Shown here: piece by piece, positions 1 through 12,052 of the stretch
Position numbering within the stretch: the first letter of the stretch is position 1
How the letters are laid out: each line of letters begins with the position of its first letter
Assembly (NCBI RefSeq): GCF_004010195.1
Contig: NC_057719.1
Span: 9,220,037 to 9,284,036 of the forward strand
Direction of reading: 5' to 3'
DNA: 64,000 bases
DNA from: Chiloscyllium plagiosum
Lineage: Eukaryota
Made by a program: the position numbers and the translations under genes
Notes under the pieces: model-generated
What the model saw: only the letters and a program-made list of their open reading frames with translations
The model's database searches: none
What the model was told of the DNA's origin: nothing

Positions 1-487
1 CAATGATTGCCCTTCTCACAGGCACTTCTCTCTGGTGAGATCTCATTCCTCTCTGCTTTGAGAAAATTCCACGCTAATCATTCCTTGGAGTGCGACAACA
101 ATGTCTATAGATTGTGCTTCACTCACATACTCGTACTTAAGAGCTTTCCCTTCAGGCATCATTCCTCTCTTGAATTTCCAGGATATTGGATGTCTTCACT
201 TGCACTCTTAGAAAGAATACTTTCTTCCTGAGCGGGTACCGCTCCAAATCCCAAACGTATCTCTCAATTGCCCTTAACTTAGAGTCAGACTTTCTGCAAT
301 TCTGGTGCGGCTGCTCAGCAGTCAACACTGTTGCCAGACAGCCCCAGGGACTTGGGCTTGATCCCAGCCTCAGGTGACTGTCTGTGTGGAATTTGCACAT
401 TCTTCCTGTGCCTGGGTGCTCCTGTTTCCACCCACAGTCCAAAGATATGCAGGTCAGGTGGATTGGCCATGCTAAATTGTCAGCAGT

Positions 488-841
488 TCTCCAGCTTCCT
501 CATTTCCCCTCCCCCCACCTTATCTCAGTCCCAACCCCCGGATTCAGCACCGCCCTTTGACCTGCAATCTTCTTCCTGACCTCTCCGCCCCCACCCCCTC
601 TCCAGCCTATTACCCTCACCCTCACCTCCTTCCACCTATCATATTCCCAGCACCCCTCCCCCAAATTCCCACCCCCTATCCTTTATCTCAGCCCACTTGG
701 CACACCAGCCTCATTCCTGAAGAAGGGCTTATGCCCGAAACGTCGATTCTCTTGCACCTCGGATGCTGCCTGGCCTGCTGTGTTTTTCCAGCACCACATT
801 TTTCGACTCTGGTCTCCAGCATTTACAGTCCTCACTTTCTC
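488..841 (+). mobile_element. Penelope-like element 3' fragment (family A) with hammerhead
   Basis: C-rich 3' region then tail GGATGCTGCC...CTCACTTTCTC; flanked by 16-bp TSD CTAAATTGTC(A/G)GCAGT at 472-487 and 842-857; same family as 36316-36701. Confidence 0.85.
713..748 (+). ncRNA. Minimal hammerhead ribozyme motif (PLE family A)
   Basis: ATTC CTGAAGA A GGGC-TTAT-GCCC GAAACGTC GATT; intact core, predicted cleavage after 744. Confidence 0.75.
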
Positions 842-1182
842 CTAAATTGTCGGCAGTGTCCTGGGATGTGCAGGGTAGGTCGATTAGCTATTGGAAATGC
901 AGGCTTATGGGGATAGGGTAATGGGGATGATCTGGGTGGGATGTTCTTTAGAAGTTGTGTAAACCTGATAGGCCAAATGGCATACAAATCAGTAACGCTG
1001 TGCTTTTTTTTCTCTTAAGTCTCCATTACAAGTTTCTTTCTGCTCTGTGCTGTGCTGATGGTAGAATAGTTGTCACTTACATAATAATCACAACCACCTT
1101 CACATTCTATTTATACTATGGCATTCTCTCCAGCAGACACTGAAATGTCCTGAGGAATCATCTCCCTGCTCTCCAGTTTCCA

Positions 1183-1495
1183 GGGCGGCACAGTGGCTAG
1201 CACTGCTGCCTCACAGCGCCAGAAATCCAGGTTCAATTCCTTCCTCAGGCGACTGACTGTGTGGAGTTTGCACATTCTCCCCGTGTCTGCGTGGGTTTCC
1301 TCCGGGTGCTCCCGTTTCTTCCCACAGTCCAAAGATGTGCAGGTTAGGTAAATTGGCCATGCTAAATTGCCCATAGTGTTAGGTGAAGGGGTAAATGTGG
1401 GGGAATGGGTCTGGGTGGCATGCGCTTCGCTGGGTCGGTGTGGACTTGTTGGGCCGAAGGGCCTGTTTCCACACTGTAAGTAATCTAATCTAAAA
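1183..1495 (+). mobile_element. HE1-type V-SINE, near full length
   Basis: GGGCGGCACAGTGGCTAGCACTG head, B-box GGTTCAATTCC, V-domain, CR1-like tail GGGCCGAAGGGCCTGTTTCC and (TCTAA)n end. Confidence 0.92.
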
Positions 1496-2419
1496 CAGTA
1501 AACGCTAAGAGCAGTGAGGTTTAGTGGTGGGGGAATTAGCAGAGCAGCAATCAAAGAGGGAAGTTATTCACAGACACAGTAACAAAGAGATGTCAGCTGA
1601 TCTCAGTTCAATCTGATGGTAAGGAACCTTCATGGCTAAATAACCAGGTCTTGCGTCTGAACCTTCTGATATGAACCAGCCTGGAGGAGACGATTGGATT
1701 TATTTTCAAAGAGAAGAGGGAAAACATGTCAAAGATATTGATCTACGAAGACATGTTTCAGGCATAACAGCATTTTCAGATCCTAAATAATTCTTATGTT
1801 CTTATTCCTAATCCACTTCACTCAACAAGCCAATACCTGGTTAATAGTTGCAGCTGAGCATGATTAGAAACTACAAGAAGCTGACATAATGTTTTCTCAA
1901 AAGGGTCAATAGGATGTATTTCTTATCTATAAATAGCCAAATATTCTTGTTATAAATTGAACAGAAGCTGCACCTAGAAGAGATTGGATTTTACATTCTA
2001 TAATTCTCCACAAATTTAAGTTTTAACTTGTTCTGCCCAGTTGCACATTTAAGCAAAGCACAAACATTTGGCAAAGTGTAAAGTACAGCAGGATTACTCT
2101 TAGTTATGATGTTTCAGTCAACTGAAACAAAAATAAAAGCTGATGGTTCTGTTGGAATATGTGATTCTGTTTTCTGCCCAGTGTTATCGTTGAATGCCCA
2201 CTGTTTGCATTGGTATGGCCAGGGTTTACAGCTCTCTTGCTGCCAGCCCATGACATGAATCACAGTTTGGGAAAAACTCCCTTCTGCAGGAGATTTTCAA
2301 ACTCTTACTCATTTCCCCATTCACTATCTCAACAACCTCCACTGAATATTCCAAGACACCGGAATAGCAGATGGTAATGGTTGCTGCAATCTTATGTTAT
2401 TCTGCGGTTATGAGACCAT

Positions 2420-2762
2420 AAGTGTGCACTATCTACAAGATGCACGGCAGAAGTTCACTAAAGGTCCTCAGAAAACATCACCTTCCAAATCCATGTCCAT
2501 CTAGAAGGACAAGGGCAGCAGATACATGGGAACACCAGCACCTTCAAGTTCTTCTCCAAGCCACTCACCATCCTGACTTGGAAATATATCACTGTTCCTT
2601 CACTGTGACTGAGTCAAATTCCTGGAATTCCCTCCCTAATATCATTCAAGGTCAGCAGCAGTTCAAGAAAGCAGCTCATCACCACCTACTCAAAGGCAAC
2701 GAGAGATGTACAATAAATGCTGGCCCAGCTAGCGACACCCACATCCCACAAATGAATAAATA
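2420..2762 (+). mobile_element. 3' end of second LINE family (CR1/L2-like)
   Basis: Matches 7580-7740 and ends in the AATAAATGCTGGCC...CCCAC..ATGAATAAA tail. Confidence 0.75.
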
Positions 2763-3464
2763 GATGCATTTTTTTAAAAAGACCATAATATATAGGAGCA
2801 ATGTTCGGCTCATTATGTCTGCTGTGCCATTTGATCATGGCTAGTATGAGAAACATAGGGACATTAGTGAGAAATCAGCCATGATCATATTGAATAGTGG
2901 AGCAGGTTCAAAGGGCTGAATGGCCTTTGTCTGGTCCTAGTTCCTATGTTTTTATGGTGACGGGGTTTTTGTTTTGAGATGAAAACTCTGTCACGATATT
3001 ATTGTTGAGTTAAAAGAAAGCCTTCACACGCAAATTTAGAACAATTGGAATTTAATGCTGTTAAGATATTGCCCCAGTGTATGACAGTGTAATGTAAATA
3101 TATAGTGGCACAGTGGTGTTGTCCCTACCTCTAGCTATTTGGAATTTAGTAGTAAGCAAATAGTCCTGACTTTGCACAAACTATCCACTATCTTCAAGGT
3201 ACAATTCCAGGGTGTGATGGAATACTCTCCATTTGTATAAATGGGTGTAGCTCCAACATCCAAGCAGTTCAATGCTATCCAGGACAAAGCAGCCTACCTG
3301 ACCAATGCTCCATCAACATTCACTCCATTCATACAGCAGCGTGTACCATCTATAAGATGCACAGCAACAATTCACCAAGGTTTTGTAGATAGCACATTGC
3401 ACAACCACGATCTCTACCATCTTCAAGGCAGGGGCAGCTGATACAAAGGAACACCATCACCATT

Positions 3465-3811
3465 TTTTTATTCATTCATGGGATGTCACTAACTAGGGCA
3501 GCATTTATCACCCATTCCTAATTGTCTAGAGGATAGTTAAGAGTTAACCACATTGGGTCTGCAATCATTTGTAGGCAAGACCAGGTAAGGATGGCAGATT
3601 TCCTTCCTTAAAGGACATCAGTGAACCAGATTGGGTTTTCCTGACACTCAAGCCATGGTATTATGGTCATCAATAGACTCTTATTTCTAGATTATTACTG
3701 AAGTCAAACTCCACCATCTGCAATGGCAGGATTCAAACCCAGGTCCCCAGATCATTATTGGGGTCTTTGTATTAATATTCCAGTGATAATAACACTAGGC
3801 CATTGCCTACC
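3465..3811 (-). mobile_element. tRNA-derived SINE, second family (tail shared with the CR1/L2-like LINE)
   Basis: Reverse complement of core CTGGTTCACT..TGTCCTT..GGAAGGAAA.CTGCCATCCTTACCTGGTC and ATGAATGAATAAAAAA tail. Confidence 0.8.
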
Positions 3812-4789
3812 CTCTGCAATGCAGAGTCACTCACTGATTTGGAACTATACTGACACACTTTCAGCGTTGCTGGATCAAAATCCTGGCTCTCGCCTCTTAA
3901 CGGCAGTGTCGGTGTCCCCACATCACACGGACTGCAGCAGTTGAAGAAGGTGGTTCCCCACCACATTGTCCTTGGCAATGAGGGATGTGGCAATCAAATC
4001 TGGCCTCGCAAGTGACACCCTGATCCTGTGAAGGCGTTTTAGAGAAGAGCTGAAATACATACTTCCTTTTAAGGCATAAACTGTTTATTTCAAATGGGTT
4101 TGTGGCTTCACTAGGATTCAATGGGCTGAATGTGTTAACCAATCAGGTTGAAGTTATGTACAATTTCCATGACACCAGTGGCTGATAGGATTCAGACCTA
4201 CTGGATTCAGCTCAACATTGTCCAGGCTCATCAGTCACGTCGTATCCCATGGTGTTCTTTAATTCAGACTATTTCATAGAACCGACTAATGGATTGACTT
4301 TATGTCAATTAATCCTTATAATAAATGCCCTGTCTCCCCACTGCTTCCCACTCACATGAGAGCCTAATTCATTGTCTTGCTTCTTACCAATTAGTGGATG
4401 ATTGTTTTCTCAAGTAACAGGCAGAATCTGGGGCACCAAAAAAAAACAGCGTCACCCTGTGGGCTGAATTCACACTGCAACCCACAGAGAAAAGGCAAGG
4501 TGTTTATCCACTGAAACAAAGTAGGTGTTTATAAAGGACAGGGACACATCAGATGAGTTTCATGGTTTCCTATATGTTAGCTCACATAACATATCCTACA
4601 AAGAGCAGGAATTTGTATTGAGTCAGATATCTGGAAGTTTATTAGTAACTAGTTATCGTTACTAAAACCACATCTCAAACTTATGCCATGCTTACACAGA
4701 TTATTAATATAACTAAGAAAGTTGACTTGTTGACTAACAGACTGACTAGTTGATTGGCTGTCTGCTTTCTTAGCTACTAACTGAACATT

Positions 4790-4970
4790 GACTGGTACAC
4801 TTACAACATTTAAAAAGGCATCTGCATGGGTATATGAATAGGAAGGGTTTTGAGGGATATGGGCCAAATACTGGCAAATGGGACTAGATGAGGTTGGGAT
4901 ATCTAGTCAGTGAAGATAAGTTGGACCGAAAGGTCTATTTCCGTGCTGTACATCTCTAAGACTCTATGAC
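4790..4970 (+). mobile_element. CR1 (HER1-like) LINE 3' end
   Basis: ACAACATTTAAAA.GCATCT...GGACCGAAAGGTCT...CTCTATGAC tail. Confidence 0.8.
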
Positions 4971-5189
4971 TGAATGTGAGATGGAAATCTCTTGGAATAG
5001 AGATGTGTTGTGATGCCCTCTTACTGTCTTGAAGGAAATGGAGCCTTTCTGTGCGATAATACAACACAATAGTTTTAACATTGGCAACAATGAAGAGATT
5101 GGATTTGCTCTCTGGTAAGTGCTACATTGGAAGCAAAATCGTATAAGTGCATCAGTCTCTCCCCTCATCCACAACATCATGGGCTTCCT

Positions 5190-5530
5190 ATTTTTAATTC
5201 ACTCAAGGACATGGATGTCACTGGCTTAGCTAGCATTTTTCACTGATCCCTAATTGCTAAAGGCGGTTCAGAGTCAACCACATCATTGAGGGTCTATCGT
5301 CTCATGTAGTCCAGAGAGTTCAGTCAATGATGGCAGATTTTCTTCCCTAAAGGACAGTAGTGAACCAGGTGGGTTTTTGTAACAATCAGCAACAGATGCC
5401 ATTGGCCTAGCTTATTATTGAATTCAAATTTCACCATCTGCCACTGTGAGATTTGAACCCATGCCCCCTATAACATTAACTTAAGGGCCTCTGAATTGCT
5501 AGTCCAGTGACATCACTACTGCACCTCCAA
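5190..5530 (-). mobile_element. tRNA-derived SINE, second family
   Basis: Same core and tail as 3465-3811, diverged. Confidence 0.75.
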
Positions 5531-5694
5531 TCACCTGTGGTCTGACACACTTTGGCTGCCATTTGCAGCCCCACCAACGAATGGGCATCCTGGATGCAGG
5601 TTTCCATTTGCTTGTTGAGCAGTGAACTCCACGTCAACTCGAACCCTTGAACTTGCTGGGAGGCCCCTATATTTTACCAATGCAACTATCAAGG

Positions 5695-6003
5695 AGGGGA
5701 TGGCTGACTGAGATCATCGCTGGACTGGTAATCCAGGGGCCCAGATAATATCCCAGGAACCTGGTTTTAAATCCCTCCATGGCAGAGGCTGGCATTTGAA
5801 TCTGACTTCTGGAATTAAGGGTCTAATGATGATCATGAATCTGTTGCCGATAGATGGGGAAACACCCGTCCTGTCCTTTCGGGAAGTAGGCTGCCATCCT
5901 TTTCCTGGTCTGGCCCAAATGTAACTCCAGAGCACAGAGCAATGCAGTTGTCTCTTAACTGCCCTCTGGGTAATTAGGGATGAGCAGTAAATGAATAAAA
6001 AAA
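5695..6003 (+). mobile_element. tRNA-derived SINE, second family
   Basis: CGCTGGACT..TAATCCAG head, CTCTTAACTGCCCTCTGGG.AATTAGGGATG tail. Confidence 0.75.
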
Positions 6004-6672
6004 GACTTGCTGCACCTTAATCCCTTTCACTGGCGTTACTGCACTACCCTGTATTAGCTAAGTCACCTTACAAAGTAGCCTCCTTTTCTTTAATTATTGT
6101 GCCGCGATATACAAGTGCTGCCTCTATGATGAAAGAAGGTTATTGTTACTTCCAGCAATAAAGTCTGCTGAGAGGAGGGTTAGTACCATTGTAATATTAG
6201 TGTTGTCGATACAAGAATATTGAATCTGGAATGAGTTGGTTCGGGACCTTTTTGGCACTACCTTCTTAAATGCCTGAGTAAATATTTAACAGGGCAGGCA
6301 TTGCGCTTTCATTTGTTAGCTTCTCGTTGGTGAGGAAATGCAGTGATTGAGGAGTATTTCATTTATTATATGTACCACGTCTCAACTTAGTGCACACCAG
6401 CACAGTGTGAGACTAATGACGATCTTCAGTGGTCTTAATGCCTGCTTTATTGCCTCCTGAACAGGCAGCAGCTTCAGCAGCCCATTGCAGCCATACATGC
6501 TCAATGGAGCTGAGTAGCCCCGTCTCACGAGTTCCTAAAGAAAATCAGCTTGGCAGAGAAATTCTAATGGCCCATTTCCATGTTCTTCCATATCCTGTAA
6601 TTCTCAATTCTAGTTAATGACATTATTACTCCATCTCATTCGGCAACACGTCTGTGGAGATAGGATGGTCGA

Positions 6673-6756
6673 TTATTTTCCCTTTGCTTTTCCTTTCTCT
6701 CTCCCTTTATACTCTGCCAATTCAGCCTTGAGCTGTTGGCATTTAATTCTTTCCAA
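6673..6756 (-). CDS. Candidate terminal coding exon, LERIKCQQLKAELAEYKGREKGKAKGK*, unassigned
   Basis: Acceptor TTCTGTTGCAG, 27 open codons of coiled-coil-like composition ending in TAA, in non-repeat DNA; no upstream exon identified. Confidence 0.25.
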   Translation of the reverse strand: MERIKCQQLKAELAEYKGREKGKAKGK

Positions 6757-7124
6757 CTGCAACAGAATACATGCAATTTAACTTCCTGGCAGCCTGCCCT
6801 AGTGTTATGTGCGTACGAATACTCAGCATGCCTCAGTTTGAGTTTTAAGAGTACAGTAATTGTCATTTCTTGCGACAAGTTTCTATGGTAAAGTTGGCTT
6901 GAGTGTTGTATTTAATTACCTACCTGACAGCGTAGGCCTCAGGCATTACCCAGCATTTGATGAAGTCCAAATTCACACTGAAAAACGCGGGAGTGCCCAT
7001 TAAATTAAGTGGCAACAAAAACTTTAAACAGAAGACGATGGATCTTTAGGGTTTCTTCATGTTTCAAAAAGATCAAATTTAAATTAAAACAACAGGTTAT
7101 TTGCGTGTATTTTCCCCTCTCAAA

Positions 7125-7265
7125 GGTAAAAGATCCCACGGCAATATCTAGAAGAAGGAAAGTGGAATTACTCTTCTCTGTCCTCGGCCAATATTGAATT
7201 CACAACGAACAGATTACCTGGTCAGTATCGCTTTCTGTTTTGGAGCTCGTATTGAATAAATTGTC
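7125..7265 (+). mobile_element. Deu-domain SINE relic (SacSINE1/AmnSINE1-like), 5' part
   Basis: TAAAAGATCCCACGGCA.TAT..GAAGA...TGTCCTCGGCCAATATT...CAGATTACCTGGTCA; tail appears to resume near 8655-8730. Confidence 0.6.
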
Positions 7266-7740
7266 TTGCACATTGAGTGTCAACATCCTGGAGGTTACCA
7301 CAGACCAGAAACTGAACTAGGCCAGTCATATAGCTACAAGTACAGGTCAGAGGCTGGGAATTTTGCGGTGGGTAACTCACCTCCTGACTCCCCAAAGTCT
7401 GTCCACCATCTTCAAGGCACTAGTCAGGAGTGTGATGGAATACTTCCCACTTGTCTGGATGGATGCAGCCCCAACAATACTCAAGAAGCTTGACACTATC
7501 CAGGACAAAGCAGCTGACTTGATTGGCATCACATCCAGAAGCATCCATCCGTCCACCATCGATGCTCAGGAACAGCAGTGTGTACTATCCACAAGACGCA
7601 CTGCAGAAATTCATCAAAGATCCTTAGATAGCACCTTCCAAGCCCACTACTTCCACCTCGAAGGACAAGTGCAGCAGATACATGGGAACACCACCACCTG
7701 CAGATTTCCCTCCAAGCCATTCACTATCCTGACTTGGAAA

Positions 7741-8153
7741 CTACACGGCATCAACATCGACTTCACAAGTTTCCAAATCTCCCCTCCTGCCACCTCATCC
7801 CAGATCTAACCCTCCAACTTGACACCACCCTCTTGCCGTGTCCTACCTATCCATATGCATTCCCACCTACCCACTCCACCATCCCCACTGACCTATCACA
7901 ATTACCCCACAACTGCATCCACCTATTGCCTTCATACCAACCTTCCCTCCCCAGCCCTGACAGTTGCCTGAGGCGGGAATTGAACCCGGGTCTCTGACGC
8001 TGTGAGGCAGCAGTGCTAACCACTGTGCCACCGTGCTGCCCCTATCTCTCATCCCCCTTCACATTCCTGATGAAGGGTTCTGCCTGAAATGTCAATTCTC
8101 CTGCTTTCAGATGCTGCCTGACCTGCTGTGCTTTTCCAGCGGCACCCTTTTTG
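7741..8153 (+). mobile_element. Penelope-like element 3' fragment
   Basis: HGINIDFTSFQIS resembles the PLE endonuclease C-terminus, followed by C-rich region and decayed hammerhead tail at 8062-8097; GACTTGGA on both sides; HE1 head nested at 7958-8042. Confidence 0.75.
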
Positions 8154-8262
8154 ACTTGGATATGTGTCCTTCATTGGGTTAAAATCCTGAAACTGTTGGC
8201 ATTGGTCCATTTACACTAAATGGACTGCAATGGTTAAAGAAGGCAGCTCACCATCACCTCCT

Positions 8263-8582
8263 TAGTTAGATAAGATTACCTACAGTGTAGAAACAGGCCA
8301 TTCAGCCCAACTAGTCCATACCAACCCTCCAAAGAGTAACCCACCCAGACCCATTTCCCTCTGACTAATGCACCTAGCACTATGGGCAATTTCACACGAC
8401 CAATTCACCTGACCTGCACATCTTTGGACTGTGGGAGGAAACCAGAGCACCCGGAGGAAACCCACGCAGACACGGGGAGAATGTGCAAACTCCACACAGA
8501 CAGTCACCTAAGGCTGGAATCGAACCTGGGTCCCTGGTGCTGTGAGGCAGCAGTGCTAACCATTGAGCCACCGTACTGCCCC
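8263..8582 (-). mobile_element. HE1-type V-SINE
   Basis: Reverse complement of head, V-domain and tail. Confidence 0.92.
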
Positions 8583-8758
8583 TGAAGGGCTGCCAGGGCT
8601 GGGTAATAAACATTGGCCTCACCAGCGGCACCTACATTCCATGGAAGAATAAGAAAACAGTGACACAATACTTCAGAATGTGCTTAAATGCCCTGAGATC
8701 ATGGAAGGAAAGGTAGAAATTTATGTTTGTACTAAAATACCATAAAGTCCTTGTAAAT

Positions 8759-8979
8759 GAATTTTGAGAAGATTTGTAGCTCAGGTTCAGGTTCTGGATA
8801 TAGGTTTGCTGGCTGAGCTGGAAGGATCATGTTCAGGCGTTTTGTCACCATACCAGGTAACATCATCAGTGAGCCTCCGGACAAAGCTTCGCCTAGAGGC
8901 TCACTTATGATGTTACCTCGTATGGTGACAAAACATCTGAAAATGAACCTTCCAGCTCAGCGAACAAACCTACATCCAC
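8759..8979. mobile_element. Penelope-like tail fold-back insertion (family D)
   Basis: Inverted arms around 8880-8895, hammerhead-like motif in each arm, 10-bp TSD CCTTGTAAAT at 8749-8758 and 8980-8989. Confidence 0.7.
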
Positions 8980-9224
8980 CCTTGTAAATCTCTGAATATC
9001 TTTTGCTGCCAATTCAACAAAGGGATGTTGGTCTGAATTAAGGTACACCTCATTCTAACTACCTCACACCCTCATCCATCCCCAGTGATTGCTTCACATG
9101 TCCATTTTTGTACCGTCCTCCTTATCTACGTCCTTTGAGGAAGAAGTAGACAGTTCCCCACAGGGGTGATTCTTGACTTCCAGTTCAAATCAATTCTAAT
9201 TCACTTTTTGACATCCTAATAAAA

Positions 9225-9450
9225 TCAGACAGTGCTTGAGAAGCTCAGCAGGTCTGACATCATCTGCAGCTAGAGAAACAGAGCTAACATTTTGGTCTGA
9301 AACGACACTTCTTCAGAACTGCAGGTCATACCAAACTCAAGCCATTAGCTCTGTTACCCTCTCCACAGATGCTGCCAGACCTACAGTGCTTCCCTAGCAC
9401 CTTCAGTGCTTATTCTTGATGTCCAGCATCTGCAGTATTCTGCTTTTATT
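9225..9450. mobile_element. Penelope-like tail fold-back insertion (family E), diverged
   Basis: CTCAGCAGGTCTG.CATCATCTG followed by inverted CAGATGCTGCCAGACCT...CAGCATCTGCAGTATTCTGCTTTT. Confidence 0.6.
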
Positions 9451-9749
9451 CCAACATTTTAATGACTAGGAAACAAAAGCATGGTATTTTTGCCCTGATG
9501 TATTTATCAAGTATTGCTCAAAACAATGTCCTGGGGATAAATTTTAATTCCGAGGCATACCAGGTCAATTCTGAAGCATTGGCAATCCCCTGACAATAGG
9601 ATTATAAAAGTCTGTTAATTTGTACTGAAAGCACAGTGATTATAAATAAGCGCACTTCTTAAGCCAGAAGAAATGACAGCATTTTTTTCTGCTTTGCAAA
9701 ATTGCACCAGAAAATTATTTTTTTTCCCCTGACTGGATTGCTGATATTA

Positions 9750-10265
9750 AAACTTTAGTGGCATCACAATTGGAGTATTCTGGCTACCGCACTAGAGGAA
9801 GGATGTGGAGGCTGAGGAGAGGGTACAAAAGAGATTAACCAAGATTTTGCCTGGATTTCAGTGTACTGGTTTTAAGGAGAGCTTGGACAAACTTGGATTG
9901 TTTTCATTAGAAAGTCAGGGGCTGAGGGGTGGTCTGATAGAAGTACATAAGATCATGAGAGGCATAGATAGGGTGGATATTTGGATTCTTTTTTCCCCTG
10001 AGTGTAAGTGTCACATACTAGAGGCATAGGTTTAAGGTGAGGGCGGGGGAGTTTAAAAGAGATGTGAGTGGAAAGTATTTTACGCAGAGAGTGGTAGGAA
10101 CCTATTACAGTAGAAGCAGACATGATAGCAATGTTTAAGAGCCATTCAGACAGACACATGAACAGGCAGAGAATAGAGGGATACAGACCATATGCAGGCA
10201 GATGGGATTAGTTTAGAATGACATCACAGTCAGCACAGACATGGTGGGCCGAAGCTTCTATGTTC
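9750..10265 (+). mobile_element. CR1 LINE 3' fragment
   Basis: ERVQKRLTKILPG...LGLFSLE..LRGGLIEVHKIMRG motif. Confidence 0.85.
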
Positions 10266-11139
10266 CATTAAGCCCTGACACTGCTGGTTCAAGGCTTTAC
10301 AATCATTAATAGGCTGCAACAAAATGTAGGTCATTCCATGCACGGTCACATCTGAGGGACTTGGACAGTCGGAGCACAAACCTTTGATGTTTTTCAATGA
10401 TATCAAGTGTTCTCCGTCACATCTTTTTATTTGTAAACCTAATAACACACTTCACCTTGTTTCCTAATTCAGACTATTTCAGAACACTGAGTAATGCATT
10501 GACTTTGTGACAATTTATTTTTATAATAGATGTCCTGTCTCTCCTCTGCTTCCCACTCACATCAATGCCTAATGCCCTGTCTACCTTCCTGTTAATTAGT
10601 GGATGCTTCTTTTATCAAGACAGTAGAACTGCTTTGTAAGAAAGCACAGGAAGAATTTGGGGTGTCTTTGCTAGACCTTGATAAATAGGGAAAGGAACTA
10701 AGCAAGTTCTTAACAACCAAAATCAAAACAGCCATTACTGCAAAGTGTACTCAGTAAGGTAGGAGGATGTCACACAATAATCACCCCGCTCAATTCTCTC
10801 CCCTCTCTGTCGTTCTCCCCTCCCGGCTCTCCTCTCCCAGCCACTCTCCCTTCTCTGCTGCCCCATGCTCCGATTCCTTTCTCAAGTCGCTCCTGGTGAT
10901 CTCATTACAAGATCAGCCATCTGATGTGACCCAGAAAACTGTCTCAGTGTTGAAAGTGAACTCACGGCGAAGTCCAGTGAGCAGGTACCTTTACGACCAA
11001 CAGATGAGTATTGTGTACCTGCTGGGGCACTCTCCAGAGTTTTAATGAAGCTCACTCAGCTCCTGTTGGTTTGCCATCCCCCTTTAAATAGCAAGATTCA
11101 GAAAAGTGAGAAAGTCATACATGCACCATGAAAACATTT

Positions 11140-11481
11140 TTCTTAACTGCTCCATGGGATGAGGGCATCGCTTGGTCGGTAACACTTATTGCCCATCCCT
11201 AACTGCCCAGAGGGCAGTCTAGAACGAACCGCATTGCTGTGGGTTTGGAGTCACATGTCAGCCGGAGCAGGTTAAGGACAACAGTGTCCTTCCGTCGAGA
11301 CCATTAGTGAACCAGGTGGGTTTTTCCAACAATGTTTTCATGGTCATCACTAGATTCTTAATCTTTATTGAATTCAAATTCCACCATTTGCCATGGCAGG
11401 ATTTGAAGCTGGGTCCCCGGAACATTACTTGGGTCTTTAGGTTAACAGGCCAGCGATAACACCACTAGGGCATCACTCCCC
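11140..11481 (-). mobile_element. tRNA-derived SINE, second family
   Basis: Same core, head and tail as other copies. Confidence 0.8.
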
Positions 11482-11720
11482 ACTAACTGTTGAGACATTA
11501 TTCCAAATGAGAAATTATCATTTGGTCAGAGGAAACAACCACTTCTGGCTACAACAAGCCAAAAACACGCAATGTGATACAGAACTCAGTGGATTGGAGT
11601 CAACTACCTGACTGCTCGCCTTCAGTTTCCTCGACTTATCCCCAATCCCTTCCATGTCCAAATTCCAGATCAAAGCTTCTCCCTATCACAACCTGCACCT
11701 CACCTCCCCCCAACAGCGTG

Positions 11721-12052
11721 TCATAGAATTCCTACAGTGTGGAAAGAGGCTGTTGGGCTCACTGACCATCTGATGAGCATTCCACCCAGCCCTCTCTCCC
11801 CACCCCACCCCTGTAACCCTGCATTTTTCCCCATGGCTAACCCACCTAGCCTGCACATTATGGGCAACTGAGAGTAGCCAATCCATCCTCATCTGCACAC
11901 CCGTGGACTGTGGGAGGAAACTAGAGCACCCGGAGGGAACCCACACAGATACAGGGAGATTGTTCAAACTCCACACAGACAGTGACCCAAGGCTAGAATT
12001 GAACCTGGTGTCCCTAGCGCTGTGAGACAGCAGTGCTGACAACTGTGCCATC
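11721..12052 (-). mobile_element. HE1-type V-SINE
   Basis: V-domain and tRNA-like head on the reverse strand. Confidence 0.88.

Larger units (their letters stand above)
304..981 (+). mobile_element. HE1-type V-SINE, interrupted by a Penelope fragment
   Basis: Degenerate tRNA-like head, V-domain GACTGTCTGTGTGGAATTTGCACATTC...CCCACAGTCCAAAGA; sequence resumes after 841. Confidence 0.85.
7270..8655 (+). mobile_element. CR1/L2-like LINE 3' portion, interrupted by Penelope and HE1 insertions
   Basis: ORF 7363-7809 has LSTIFKALVRSVMEYFPLVW...LDTIQDKAA, a non-LTR ORF2 C-terminal motif; tail resumes at about 8154 and 8583. Confidence 0.8.

Noticed and set aside
10767..11095. TATTTAAA-like box and CT-rich tract as a minus-strand promoter
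   Set aside because: Short motifs expected by chance; no supporting CpG enrichment or linked exon
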